DNA from: an uncultured Nitrospinota bacterium
GTDB taxonomy: Bacteria > Tectomicrobia > Entotheonellia > J063 > CAVPRW01
Reading direction: 5' to 3'
DNA length: 64,000 bases
Assembly (NCBI GenBank): GCA_963707985.1
Contig: CAVPRW010000004.1
Coordinates: 5,793-69,792, forward strand
The position numbers and the translations under genes are program-made. The notes beneath the pieces are model-generated. The model did not search any database. It was not told where the DNA came from and saw nothing but the letters and a program-made list of their open reading frames with translations. This document shows positions 50,535 through 61,640 of this stretch, in pieces. Position 1 is the stretch's first letter. Every line of letters begins with the position of its first letter.

Positions 50535-51530
50535 TCACCACCCGATACTCACGACGGCGGTCAGCCGCCAATCGAAGGGCTCTGGGTGCGTCACCGGAAT
50601 TTCCACGCCCGTAATAAAGTAGGTGCTCCAGCCCAGGTAGGTACGAATGCCCGGCGTGACGCTGAACGTGGTCGTGTCCGGCCCATTCCCGATGTCTTGA
50701 GAGAGAGTCATCGACACATACGGGGTCAAATCGCCGAGAGGGGCCGATGCATGGGCACTGAGCGTCGTGCCGAGGGCTAGGTTGGCACGAAACACCGCAT
50801 CGGGGAGTGTGCTGGCCCCGCCGGTGAATACATCTGCCCCGATCCCCCCGCGGGCTTGCCATTTGGCACCAAGGTCACGCCAAAACGCGATGAAGGGGCT
50901 CACGGCGGTCACCCCATTGCCGGTCGTCTGCTCCCCCGTCGGCATACGAACGCCGGCGCCGAGAGAAAGCGACAGGTCTTGGGTCTCTTGCAACATCACC
51001 TTCGGCGTGAAGACGATGTCACCTAAACCGCCGGCGGCATTCCTGCTGCCATTCGCACTCGCCAGGATGTCCACAAACGGAATGGCAAGGCCAAGTTCCA
51101 GGCGACGGTTCACGGGTGTAAGATAGGCGGCGGCACCGACATGTTCGTCACGTCCCCCGGACGCGGCGGACGTGAAACTATAGGAAGGATCGATTTCGCG
51201 GCTGAAGAAGGCGGAGAAGGTGTTCACCCAGCCACCCCGCAATGCGCCGCTTGAGCCATTCGGTGGCGCAATCCACGGCTGAAGCCAGCCGTCACCAAAG
51301 TCACGCAACCGCAGCGGGGTGAAGGTCGCTGGATCGCTTAGGCCGAAGACTGACAACTTCACCACGTCTCCGAAGGTATAGGGCTGGTGGGTCGCCGCGC
51401 GTGTGGCCTGCGGCGCCACGCTTTGCGCCCAAGCCGGCCAAGTTCCGACTATGCTGATCAGGACTAGGAGCACGCAGGATGCCGCCAGTCTACAGCCTGC
51501 CCATTTGCTGAAAGACGAAAGGTGTCTCAT
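50535..51530 (-). CDS. Putative exported beta-barrel transporter (MetA-pathway-like)
   Basis: Signal peptide ending AWA-Q; alternating amphipathic strands; GGLGDI, GVRMPTG, SVTPGIR, C-terminal W. Confidence 0.6.
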   Translation of the reverse strand: MRHLSSFSKWAGCRLAASCVLLVLISIVGTWPAWAQSVAPQATRAATHQPYTFGDVVKLSVFGLSDPATFTPLRLRDFGDGWLQPWIAPPNGSSGALRGGWVNTFSAFFSREIDPSYSFTSAASGGRDEHVGAAAYLTPVNRRLELGLAIPFVDILASANGSRNAAGGLGDIVFTPKVMLQETQDLSLSLGAGVRMPTGEQTTGNGVTAVSPFIAFWRDLGAKWQARGGIGADVFTGGASTLPDAVFRANLALGTTLSAHASAPLGDLTPYVSMTLSQDIGNGPDTTTFSVTPGIRTYLGWSTYFITGVEIPVTHPEPFDWRLTAVVSIGW

Positions 51531-51739
51531 AGATTCTCCACTCTCCTTTGCTTGCGGTAGGTTGGCCCCCAAGGGCCCATGGTTTCTGGCAGAGTCGAGG
51601 CATCGTTCCGCACCGCATTCGAGGCCCGCTCCCAGACTCACATGATCGGTCCATCCATCCAGCCATGCCTCTTCTCTGCCGATCGATGGTACGGTAGTCC
51701 CGCGACGACTGTCAACACCAGAGCCATACATAGAGTCCA

Positions 51740-52801
51740 TCATGCTCTGGGCCTCCTCTTCCTACCCAAGGTCTGTTGACTCTGAATCTTGCAGGGGTTA
51801 CCTTGCGGCCTGATGAGAATCCTGTTCGACAATGTCACAGGGCTTACTATGCGCTCCCATGTTTGATCGGGATTGAATTGCCTCATGGCGCCAACGCGGG
51901 CCGCCGTGTCGGGTCCGAGGTCCTTCTGGTACACGAAGCCATCGTGGTTGACGAGGAAGGTCATGACGCCCGAGGTGGCCCAACTCGCCGGATAGGCCAC
52001 CAAAGCAAAGCCCCCGATCATCTGGCCGCGTACCACATAGTCGTATGCGCCGCCCGGTGCATCGGGGCCTTGCGCTTTGAGGATGCGATAGTAATAGCCA
52101 TGATAGGCCAAGGGTTTGCCTCCCTTCCCTCTGGCATAGCCCTCGCCTCTGGCGCCAGCGATCTGCGGACCCAGCGGACTGAGCCCCTCGTCTGCCTTCG
52201 CGGCCCAGTACAGGCCGTCGCGCTTCCCCTTCGTGCTCAGAAACTTCTGCGCATAGTGCAGCAGGGCGCTGTGCATCGGGTTGCGCAGGTAATACTCACG
52301 CTGGGCGTCCACGTAAGCCCGGCAGACCTCGATGGCCGCCAGCTCGTCGCGTCCGATGCGGCGATTGAGAATTTCCTCTTTCCCCGCCTGTATGTCGAAA
52401 GACCAGCCCGCATTATTTTGGACCAGGGGGATGGGAAAGGGCCAGTCATCGTTGCCAACCTGCAGGACGGCTTTCGTCTCCCCTGACATCGCCAGGCGAT
52501 GGGCTTCTTCGTAGGCCCGCACCACGTAGTCGCGCTCGTGCCGGTCCACCACCGGATCACCGGAGACCACTAGCGACCGTGCCTCTGGACCTAGCACCTG
52601 GAGGAGAGCCTTCGAATCATCCGCTTTGAGCGCGTCGATCAAGGCCTGCACCCCTGCCTCGGCCGAGGTAAAGTGCTGCAGCTCGCCTGCAGCGGCGAAC
52701 GTGGACGGAATCCACACCCCAGGGCACGTCAGCAAGACCGCCAACCCTGCGGCGATAGACCGCCGCAGACGTCTCAACACAGAGCCCCATGACGGTATCA
52801 T
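51740..52801 (-). CDS. DUF2950 family protein
   Basis: DWPFPIPLV, GKEEILNRRIGRDEL, YAQKFLST.GKRDGLYW, YHGYYYRIL, GGFALVAYP, SGVMTFLVNHDG.VYQKDLG. Confidence 0.9.
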   Translation of the reverse strand: MIPSWGSVLRRLRRSIAAGLAVLLTCPGVWIPSTFAAAGELQHFTSAEAGVQALIDALKADDSKALLQVLGPEARSLVVSGDPVVDRHERDYVVRAYEEAHRLAMSGETKAVLQVGNDDWPFPIPLVQNNAGWSFDIQAGKEEILNRRIGRDELAAIEVCRAYVDAQREYYLRNPMHSALLHYAQKFLSTKGKRDGLYWAAKADEGLSPLGPQIAGARGEGYARGKGGKPLAYHGYYYRILKAQGPDAPGGAYDYVVRGQMIGGFALVAYPASWATSGVMTFLVNHDGFVYQKDLGPDTAARVGAMRQFNPDQTWERIVSPVTLSNRILIRPQGNPCKIQSQQTLGRKRRPRA

Positions 52802-52879
52802 CTTCACCTCCCAACCGTGTTGCCTTCGTCATCGCGTGGGCTAGCAGGCCATGCGACTCCACAGTACCCCGCCCCTAAC

Positions 52880-54359
52880 TCAGCGACCTTTGGAGCCGCC
52901 TCGACGACCGCCCTCGCCGCGACCACCACCACGCGCCTCATGACCACCACCACGCGCCTCATGGCCACCACCACGCGCCTCATGGCCACCGGCACGACCA
53001 CCGCCCCCGCCGCTGACGGATGCTCGCGAGGCGGCGGCACTTTGACGGCTCGCCACGCCACGCTCGCTATCTCGACGTACCTCGTGACCCTTTACCGACG
53101 CCTTGAAATGCACTCGCCTGGTGGGTGCGCTCGAGGCCCTGCCGCTCACGTGCGCCACTTTTTCGGGGTTCCTGGCCGATCTGTCGGCGCTCCTGCCCGG
53201 TTTGCCGGCTGGCGGTTCGATCCCTGTCGGGAAGGTCGGGGGTCCTCCGCGCCTCCGGGCGGTCGCGACTCTCCGCCCCCGGGCGACCTCGCTCGGCATC
53301 GCCTCGTCCCCCCTCCACACGGCCGCGTTCTGCTCCCACACGACCTTTTTCGAGATCACGCCGTATCTCATCGCCGCCGCGCGCCAGCTCTCGCTGGCCG
53401 CTCTCCGCTCGCCCGCGGAAGGCTTCGCGCCCATCACCGCCGGTACGCGTCGCGCGGTTGTATTTTTGCTGGCTCACCGAGTCACGATACTGCACGCCTT
53501 TGCGATGTTGGACGTTGTGCTCCCATTTCCCGCTGGTGATGTTCGTCTTGTTGAAGCTGTTGTAGCGGTTGACGTTCACGTCTACGTCTCCGTGGCCCCA
53601 ATCGAAATCGCCCCACAGCGCGGAGCCGACCGCCATCCCGGCCCCAAAAGACAAGAGTGAGGTCACGGCCGTCGTCGCGGCGTACCCAGGGGGATAATAG
53701 GCATACGGCGGGTAGGCGGGATATGGCCACCCCCCATAGACCGCCGTCGGGTTGTAGGTAGGGACATAGACCACTTGTGGGTCTGCCGGTTCGATCCTGA
53801 TGACCGTGGTCTGGCTCACGGATGGCTGCTCAACGATGACTTCCTGTTGCGTGGTTTGGAGCGCCGGCGGCTCCTCGACAATGACCCGCTGTTGCGGCGT
53901 GGTCTTCAGACTGCCCTGGGCCTGCGCCTTGGCGCGCAGCCGCTGGATGGCGTCCATGACGTCTTTCTGCTGGGCGAGGCAGGCGTCCCCCAGCTTCTGC
54001 GTCAGATCCAGCTTCTCATTCATCATCGTCAATACTTGGGGAAACGCGGTCAGAGACTTGACGCTCGCATCCCACGGTTGTTTCTGCACAGCGTCCGCCA
54101 GGGCCTGATCCTTCAATTTGGGATTCGCCTTCGCCCACCGCGCCGCCTCGACAACCTCCAGCGGATACGTCGACGCCATCAGGATCTGCGCCAGCAAGGC
54201 ATCCGGGTAGAGCGCGATTGGGGCCACCAGTTGCTCGATCTCTTCCGGCCTGAATAACGCCGCCGGGGCGCTGCCTTGGGCAGCGGTAGGAGATGAGCAC
54301 GGCGACAAAACCAGTGTAACGAGCAGCCAGAGCATGCTGATCCTGAACACGTGAGTCAT
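52880..54359 (-). CDS. DUF3300 family protein with Gly/Arg-rich tail; frameshift near 53090
   Basis: QLVAPIALYPDALLAQILMASTYP, WDASVKSL..FP, LGDA.L.Q..DVMDAIQRLR, VYVP.YNP..VYG.W; the tail continues in ORF 52880-53437. Confidence 0.88.
52922..52984 (-). repeat. 3 x 21-bp coding tandem repeat (GGGHEAR) in the DUF3300 tail
   Basis: (A/G)CCACCACCACGCGCCTCATG three times. Confidence 0.9.
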
Positions 54360-54492
54360 GTGCTCTCCTCTACTCTCCTCTCCCGCACTGCCGATCTCAC
54401 CCCGCCCCTTTCTTGGACGCGCATGGCACAGCAACGCCCCAGGCTGCGTGCACGCGTCTCTCGCTCCGACACCCCGAGGCGGTCGGGTCGGT

Positions 54493-54699
54493 TCACGGGG
54501 CTGTGGGTGGACTCTGGGCGCCGGTCAAGAGCCGGCGCACGAACGCCAGCAGTTCCTCCTGGGAGTCGAAACGCAGAGCCTCCCCAGATACCAGGTGTTC
54601 GACGCGTCCTTCCCAGCGCAGCGGGGTACCTTTTTGTTGCGCCCGAAACTGCACGACAAAGGCATGGTTCGCTGGCAGTGAGGGCGTCCCCTGGGACAT
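54493..54699 (-). CDS. Small hypothetical protein (68 aa, AFVVQF..GRVEHLVSG...F.S.EELLAF)
   Basis: RBS GGAGG; divergent from the wHTH-AAA-TPR gene. Confidence 0.7.
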   Translation of the reverse strand: MSQGTPSLPANHAFVVQFRAQQKGTPLRWEGRVEHLVSGEALRFDSQEELLAFVRRLLTGAQSPPTAP

Positions 54700-54781
54700 G
54701 CGTCGCCTCCAAGATACCGATACGGTTGTCCACACATCTGAGTTGCGTGCGTAACTGAAAGAAATATATAATCGGCTACCC

Positions 54782-54840
54782 GTTCATGGACACCCACGCA
54801 GCGTTCATAGGCCACGCCAAACTGTTCACGCGCTGTTCCA
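54782..54840 (+). promoter_or_regulatory. Phased direct repeats GTTCA/GTTCC (candidate wHTH regulator sites)
   Basis: Cores start at 54782, 54803, 54824 and 54835 (spacing 21, 21, 11). Confidence 0.5.
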
Positions 54841-54863
54841 TTTTGGCAACACGGGGAGAGGCG

Positions 54864-57761
54864 ATGGAGCCAACACACGAGGTGCACTTCGGGCCATTCC
54901 GGTTGGACGCCGTGCAAGGGCGCTTGTGGCGGGGGGACCAGCCGATCGTGCTGCGGCCGCGGGCCTTGGCGGTGTTGCACTATTTGGCCGCACACCCAGG
55001 CCGCCTGATCCCGAAGGCCGAGCTGGTGCAGCAGGTCTGGAGTGGCGTGCATGTGACGAACACGGTGCTGCGCGTGTGTATCCGGGATATCCGCGCCGCC
55101 CTGGGCGACGACGCGGCAGCGCCACAGTACGTCGAGACCGTAGGCCAAGAGGGCTATCGGTTTGTGGGCGACTGGGACGACATCACGCCCCCGGTAGATC
55201 GCGCACGCCCTGTGGTGGGGCGGCAACGGGAGGTGGCCGCGCTGCAGCGTCTGTATGCGCAGGCAGCCGGCGGCGACCGACAGCTGGTCATGCTCAGCGG
55301 TGAAGCGGGAATTGGTAAGACGACGGTGGTTGATCTGTGGCTGGCTCAACTGGCGGGGTGGGGTGGGATCCGCATCGGGCGCGGGCAGTGCGTAGAACAC
55401 TATGGCGAGGGCGAGCCGTACTTGCCGGTGTTGGAGGTCCTGGGGTCATTGGGACGGCAGCCGGACGGTGATCGCCTGGTGGCGGTACTGCGGCGCCAGG
55501 CGCCACTGTGGCTGGTGCAGCTGCCAGCGCTGGTGGTCGAGGCAGACTGGGAGGGGTTGCAGCGCCGGGTGCAGGGGGCGACGTCGACGCGCATGCTGCG
55601 GGAGCTGGCCGACGCCCTGGAGGTGTATGCCGTCGAGACGCCGCTGGTGGTGGTGCTGGAGGACCTGCACTGGAGCGATACGGCGACTGTGGAGCTGCTG
55701 GCGTATCTAGCACAGCGCCGGGAGCCAGCGCGATTGTGCATGCTCGGGACCTATCGCCCGGCGGACGCGGTGGTGCGGGCCCATCCGATCCGAGGGATAA
55801 TCCAAGAGCTGCGCGGGCGTGGGCTGTGCACGGAGATCGGACTGGAGTTACTGACGGCGGCGGACGTCGCGGCCTATGTGGCGGGGTGCCTGGGCGGGCC
55901 AGTCGCACCCGCGCTCGCTGAGCGGGTCTATCGGCACACCGAGGGCAACGCGTTGTTCATGGTGAATGTGCTGGAGGACCTCGGTCAGCGAGGCCTTTTG
56001 GCGCAAGTGGACGGGCAGTGGACGCTGGGCGGGGACCCCTCGGCAGCACTCATCCTGCCGGAGCGCCTCCAGCCGCTCCTGCTGCGACGGCTGGAGGCGC
56101 TGCCCGAGGTCACGCGGCAGGTGCTCGAGGCCGGCGGCGGTGCAGGGCGAGGCGTTCGCGGTGGCGGCCGTGGCGGCCGCGGTGCAACGGCCCGTCGACG
56201 CGGTGGAAGCGGTCTGTGAGACGCTAGGGGCGCACGGGCAGTTCGTGACCCCGACGGGCCTGGTGTGCTGGCCGGATGGCACGGTGAGCGGGGGCTATCG
56301 GTTTCAGCACGCCCTGTACCGCGCGGTGCTCTATGAGCATGTGGGTGAGGTGCGACGTCTGCACCTACACGCGCAGCTGGGGCACCGGCTGGAGGCGGGG
56401 TATGGGGCCCGGGTGGCGGAGATCGCGGCCCAGCTCGCGGTTCACTTCGAGCGGGGGGGCGATGCCGAACGGGCCGTCCACTATTGGCAGCAGGCGGGCG
56501 AAAATGCCGCCCAGCGGCAGGCCTATGCCGACGCGATCGGCGCCATAAGCCACGCGTTGACGCTGCTGGTGACGCCGCCGGACACCCCCGAGCGCACACG
56601 CCATGAAATCACGCTACAGTGCAGCCTGGGCGAGCTCCTGATGGCCACGAAGGGCGTCCCAGCGCCGGAGGCGGCAGCGGCCTTCACCCGGGCTCACGAG
56701 CTGTGCCAGCTGGTGGAGGAGACGTCGCTGCTTCCCCGAGTGCTCTGGGGGCTCATTCTGTTTCATACCTCCCAGGTGCAGTTGCGCACCGCTGGCGCGT
56801 TGTGCCAGCAGCTGTTCCACCTGGCACAACGCGAGCATGATTCAGACCTACTGCAGGAAGCGCATTTGGCCTTAGGGCGTGTTGAACTGTATCGTGGCCA
56901 TGTGGTGGTGGCCCGTGCCCACCTGGAGCAGAGCCTCCCCCGCGGCGACACACCGCCGCTCTGCTCCCCCCTCTTTCCCGGGGGATATATGCTGAGGGTG
57001 ATTCACCTCACGTCGTTCGCGCATGCCCTGTGGGCGTCGGGCTACACCGACCAGGCGCAGCAGCGCGTTCAGGAGGCGCTCGACCTGGCCCACCAGGAGG
57101 AGCATCCACCCAGTCTGTCGTGGGCAGAAGCCTCTGCCGCCCTGGTGGCCCAGTACCGCCGCGATGTGGCCGCCACGCGGGCCCAGGCCGAGGCCTTGAT
57201 GGCCTTCGCAGCCGCGCAAGGCTTTAGGTCGCGCCTCGCGCAGGGACGCATGCTGCGCGGCTGGGCACTGGCTATGCAGGGGGATGGCTGCCGAGGGCCT
57301 GGTGCAGATCCAACAGGGATGGGCGGTGCATCAGTGCTGTCGGACCCAAGCGCTTCCAAACCTATTTTCTCGCGTTGCTCGCGGAGGCCTCTGGGCAGGC
57401 GGGGCAGCCCGAGGTCGGCCTGGACGTCCTGGCGGAGGCTGTGCGGCTGTTGCATACGACGGAGGAGCGCTGGTGGGAGGCTGAGGTGTACCGACTCCAG
57501 GCGGAGTTGCTACTCCTCCTCCCGCGCCCCAGGGTCCACGAGGCAGAAGCCTGGTTGCACCGGGCTCTCGACGTGGCCCACAGCCAGCAGGCCAAGACGT
57601 TGGAGCTGCGCGCCGCACTGAGCCTGAGCCGCCTGTGGCAGCGCCAGGGCAAGGGCGACGAGGCCCGACAGCTGCTGACCCCCCTCTATGGTTGGTTCAC
57701 GGAGGGCTTTGACACGCCCGATCTGCGGGAGGCCACGGCGCTGCTCGACGGCCTGCCGTGA
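54864..57761 (+). CDS. OmpR/CadC-type winged-HTH - AAA(STAND) - TPR regulator; frameshifts ~56135 and ~57300
   Basis: FGPFRLD..L.VLHYL..PGRL.PK.EL..VWS..LRVCIRDIR.ALGD..YVETV..GYRF; GEAGIGKT; VLEDLHW; C-terminal [16 protein letters not shown]. Confidence 0.85.
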
Positions 57762-57991
57762 ACGCTGCCGCGCAGGGTTAGGGTGGGGTGACTCGGCAGG
57801 GGACAATACTCGAACGCATGTCCACGCCCCTATGCAATCCATCCCAGCCGTCCGCCTATCACGTCTTTGCTGGCCGTGCAGTTTCGGTCGACCATGTCCT
57901 GCGCCTTGTCGACCACCACACCTGCGTAGCCCATGCCGCCAGCGTCGTGACGGTGGTTGCCATCCCTATCAATGTTCTTCCCATGTTCTTA

Positions 57992-58069
57992 CTACTTCTC
58001 AGTGACTGTCACGGTCATCATCTCGATCTTTCCGGTAAAGCGGAACGGGCAGCGCTCGAAGTAGTAAGA
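57992..58069 (-). pseudogene. 3' remnant of a third arylsulfatase
   Basis: SYYFERCPFRFTGKIEMMTVTVTEK* resembles the C-termini DYFDRRPFRFNGTIDTVKISLE* and DYYDQAPFAFNGTIGTTKIAYPKK* of the two sulfatases in this window. Confidence 0.55.
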
Positions 58070-58112
58070 CCTCGGTGTGTGACATAGGTGATCTGCATAT
58101 TTCTGCCTGGTT

Positions 58113-58979
58113 TCAGGCCTCGACCGCACCGACGCTCCCGGCGTGCCGGCGCCAGGCCAGGTACGGTATGGACACGATGGCGCTCACGAGCAGATACAAT
58201 AGCACTGCAGCGAGCACGAGCTTCTGCCCTGGAAAGCTGGCGTGCGCAATGGCCAGCGCTATTCCAGGATGCCGACAAGCGGTGGACAGCGCCAGCACAG
58301 CACGGTCTTCCGGGTCTGGCCCGCCGAGCAGATGACCGACTGCAAGCCCTACTAAAACGAATCCAGCAAGGGCGACAATGGTCCCGTTGCCAGTCAGAGA
58401 CACAAGCGCCGGCCACGCCGTGAACAGGATAGGGAGGGCGCTGGCGATGAGTAGCACCGTTGCCCCCAGAGAGACCGACCGGGCAATGCGCTCTGCGAAC
58501 GAGGCTGCCAGGCTACGTACGGCAATGCCCACTGCAAGTGGCACGAGCACCGTACTCAAGACGATCAGCGCAACCGCTCCGGGCGACATGTGCGTGGGCT
58601 TCCCGAAGGCTCTCCCAAGCAGCTCTACAGCGACTGGCACGATCACGATCGCAAGCACCGCCGCGGCCACGACCAGGCCGATCGCGTACGACGCTTCACC
58701 CCCCGCCTTCAGCGTCTTCTTCGGGAGCAGGGGCGGAATGGGCGACACTGCCAGCGCCACCAGCGCGATCTTCACCGCCGGGTGGAGATCGAAGTTGACC
58801 GCCAGCACCGTCGCGCACAGCAGCATGACGACGTGCATCGCCAGCAGCGAGCGTAGGAGTTGGTTCGGCCTGCGGAAGAGATAGGTGGCGTCCTGCGCAC
58901 TGGCGTTGAGCCCGAGGCCGATAACGTTGAGAACGATACTCGCCTTCAGTACAAGCGGTATCAGTGTTGCGAGACTCAT
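58113..58979 (-). CDS. BASS/SBF-family sodium-dependent symporter
   Basis: About 9-10 hydrophobic segments; GLGLNAS, RPNQLLRSLLAM, AVSPIPP, LSTACRHPGIAL. Confidence 0.8.
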   Translation of the reverse strand: MSLATLIPLVLKASIVLNVIGLGLNASAQDATYLFRRPNQLLRSLLAMHVVMLLCATVLAVNFDLHPAVKIALVALAVSPIPPLLPKKTLKAGGEASYAIGLVVAAAVLAIVIVPVAVELLGRAFGKPTHMSPGAVALIVLSTVLVPLAVGIAVRSLAASFAERIARSVSLGATVLLIASALPILFTAWPALVSLTGNGTIVALAGFVLVGLAVGHLLGGPDPEDRAVLALSTACRHPGIALAIAHASFPGQKLVLAAVLLYLLVSAIVSIPYLAWRRHAGSVGAVEA

Positions 58980-59141
58980 TCCTATCTTTTCCTCAAAGGA
59001 TGGGCTCCTGGAAGAGGAACCAGTCGTTGTAGGTCGTTGCGAAAGGTCATTCCCGCTTGTGACTTTGGCTCAAGTGCTCTGCCAACCACGTGCGCAGATG
59101 CTCTGGCACAGATGGGGCCAGGGGCCAGAGCGTCCTCGCCA

Positions 59142-61554
59142 CTACTCCAGGCTGATCTTGACCGTGTCGATTGTGCCATTAAACCGGAATGGGCGCCGGT
59201 CGAAGTAGTCGAGGGACACGGGCGAGCCCGAGGTCGACACCGACGTCGAAGGTCTCGCTGGCGGTGAAGGCCGCCGGAACCGTGCGGCTCACCGTCGTGC
59301 GGCCGACTTCCTGACCGTCCACCTTGAGCACGACCTCGGCGGGCGAGAGCGGTTGCTTGTCGTTGAATGTCGTGCGTCACTTCGATGCGGTGTTTCCCCG
59401 GCAGCAGCCTGTCGTCGGCTGCGGGCGGTGTAGCGCTCGATGATCATCATGTTGTATTCGTAGACCAGGTGGCCCTTGTCCATGAACAGGGTGAGGCCGC
59501 CGGAAGCGCCGCCCAGGGCATAGAGGACGCCCGAGGCGTTCTCGCCGAGCTGCGGCGTCGATGGTGACGTGGTTGCTTTCGCGGCCCAGGCCCGGCGCGG
59601 TGAACTCCGGCATGCGGGTCGTCGTGGCGTCGAAGCGCCAGCTCGTGTAAGGCGTCTTGATCCGGTCTTCGGGGTGGAGTCGGAGCCAGATGCCGGCGCC
59701 GATGGGGAAGACCTTGTTCTCCTTTGCTTCAGCCAGAAAGAGGTCCTTCATCTCGGCCAGGCGCTTCGGTTCCTTCGCGGCCAGGTCCTCGGCCTGCGAG
59801 AAGTCGGTGGTGAGGTTGTAGAGCTCCCAGACGTCCTTGTTGGCATCCCAGGTGGCCAGCCCGGGGCTCACGGTCAGCCACGGCGTCAACGGTCCAAAGG
59901 TGCAGGCATACCAGCCGTCGTGGTAGATGCCGCGGCTGCCGTTGTTGTCGAAGTACTGCGTGCGTTTCCGTCCGGGTGCCTTCGCGTCGGCGAAGGTATA
60001 GACCATACTCGACGCCGTCGATCGGGTCCTGCTTGAAGCCGTCCACCATCTGCGGCGGCTTGATGCCGAGGATCTCGTAGAGGGTCGGGACGATGTCGTT
60101 GACGTGGTGGAACTGCGACGCGCGGTGTCTTGTCGGCTTGATGCCCTTGGGCCAGGAGATGACCAGCGGGTTGCGCGTGCCGCCGAAGTGCGAGGCGATG
60201 AGCTTGGTGTGCTGGAACGGCGTGTTGCCGGCCCAGGCCCAGCCGGCGTGATACATGTTGTCGGTCTTGGGACTGCCAAGCGCGTCCAGTCCGCCGAGCT
60301 GCTCCAGCGCCTCGAGCTGCTGCTGGATGGTGTTGGGGATCTGGTTCTGGGCCAGCAGTTCGCTGATGCTGCCATGCTGACCTTCGGCGCTGGAGCCGTT
60401 GTCGCCCCAGATGTAGAAGACGATGGTGTTGTCGCGCAGTCCGAGCTGGTCGAGTCCGTCGATGAGCTTGCCCGCCTGGGCATCCACGTGCTCGACAAAA
60501 CCGGCAAACACTTCCATCAAGCGCCGCTGAAAGGGCCGCTCCGCCTCGGGGATGCTGTCCCACGCGGCCATGGATGCGGCCCGCGGCGTGAGTTTCGTGT
60601 TGGCAGGAATCCAACCGAGCTCCTTCTGGCGCGTGAAGATCGCGCTCCCGCATGGCATCCCAGCCGTCGTCGAACCTGCCTTTGTACTTGTCGGCCCAGG
60701 CCTTGAAGATGTGGTGCGGGCCGTGCGCGGCGCCGGGCGCCCAGTACATGAGGAAGGGTTTGTCGGGGGAAAAGGCCTGGTGCCGCTTCAGCCACGTCGA
60801 CCGCCTTGGCTGCCATGTCCTCGCTGAGGTGGTAGCGCTCGTCGTGCGGCGGCTCGACCGGGTTGAGATTCTCGTAGAGCCGGGGCTCCCACTGCGAGGT
60901 TTCGCCGGCGAGAAAGCCGTAGAAGTAGTCGAACCCGTGTCCGGTCGGCCAGCGGTCGAACGGGCCCATGGCCGTGGTCTGGTCCGCAGGCGTGTTGTGC
61001 CATTTGCCGAAGGCCGCCGTCTTGTAGCCGTAGTGGCGTAACGTCTCGGCGATGGTGGCGGACGTCTTCGGGATGACGCCGGTGTAGCCGTCCCAGTCCA
61101 CGGCGCGTTCTGCGATGGTGCCGGAGCCGACGCGCTGGTGGTTGCGCCCGGTCAGCAGCGCGGCGCGCGTGGGCGAGCAGATGGACGTGGTGTGAAAGGC
61201 GTTGTAGCTGATGCCCTCGTTGGCCAGACGCGACAGCGTCGGCGTGTGGATCACGCCGCCGAAGGTCTCCGGCAAGCCGAAGCCGACATCGTCGAGCAGG
61301 ATGATGAGGATGTTGGGCGCATCTTTCGGCAGGCGGTTCGGCTCAACACGCCGCTGGTGCGTGGATTCCTGCAAGGTCGGTCCGGCGATGCTGGCGGACG
61401 GCGTCGGCGGAAACGGCAGCACGGAGCCATCGGACTGCACAGGGGCCGCCTTGTCCTGTGCCAACGCATCCGCCAGCCAGCCAGGCGCGACCGGCCAGCC
61501 GAGGAGTCTCCCGAGCACGACAACCACGGCTATCAAGAAAGTAGTTCGCTTCAT
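59142..61554 (-). CDS. Arylsulfatase (Cys-type), several frameshifts (~60660, ~60010, ~59570, ~59380, ~59250)
   Basis: Signal peptide, ILLDDVG, CSPTRAALLTGR, FGKWH, YWAPGAAH, WGDNG, HFGGTRNP, GSRGIYHDGW. Confidence 0.88.
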
Positions 61555-61640
61555 CGTGTTACCTCTCTGAAAACGGGACGTGCTATCGTCTTGTTCAATC
61601 CGCACCTACTTGGCCTGGTGCGCTTCGGGGAACTTCCACT

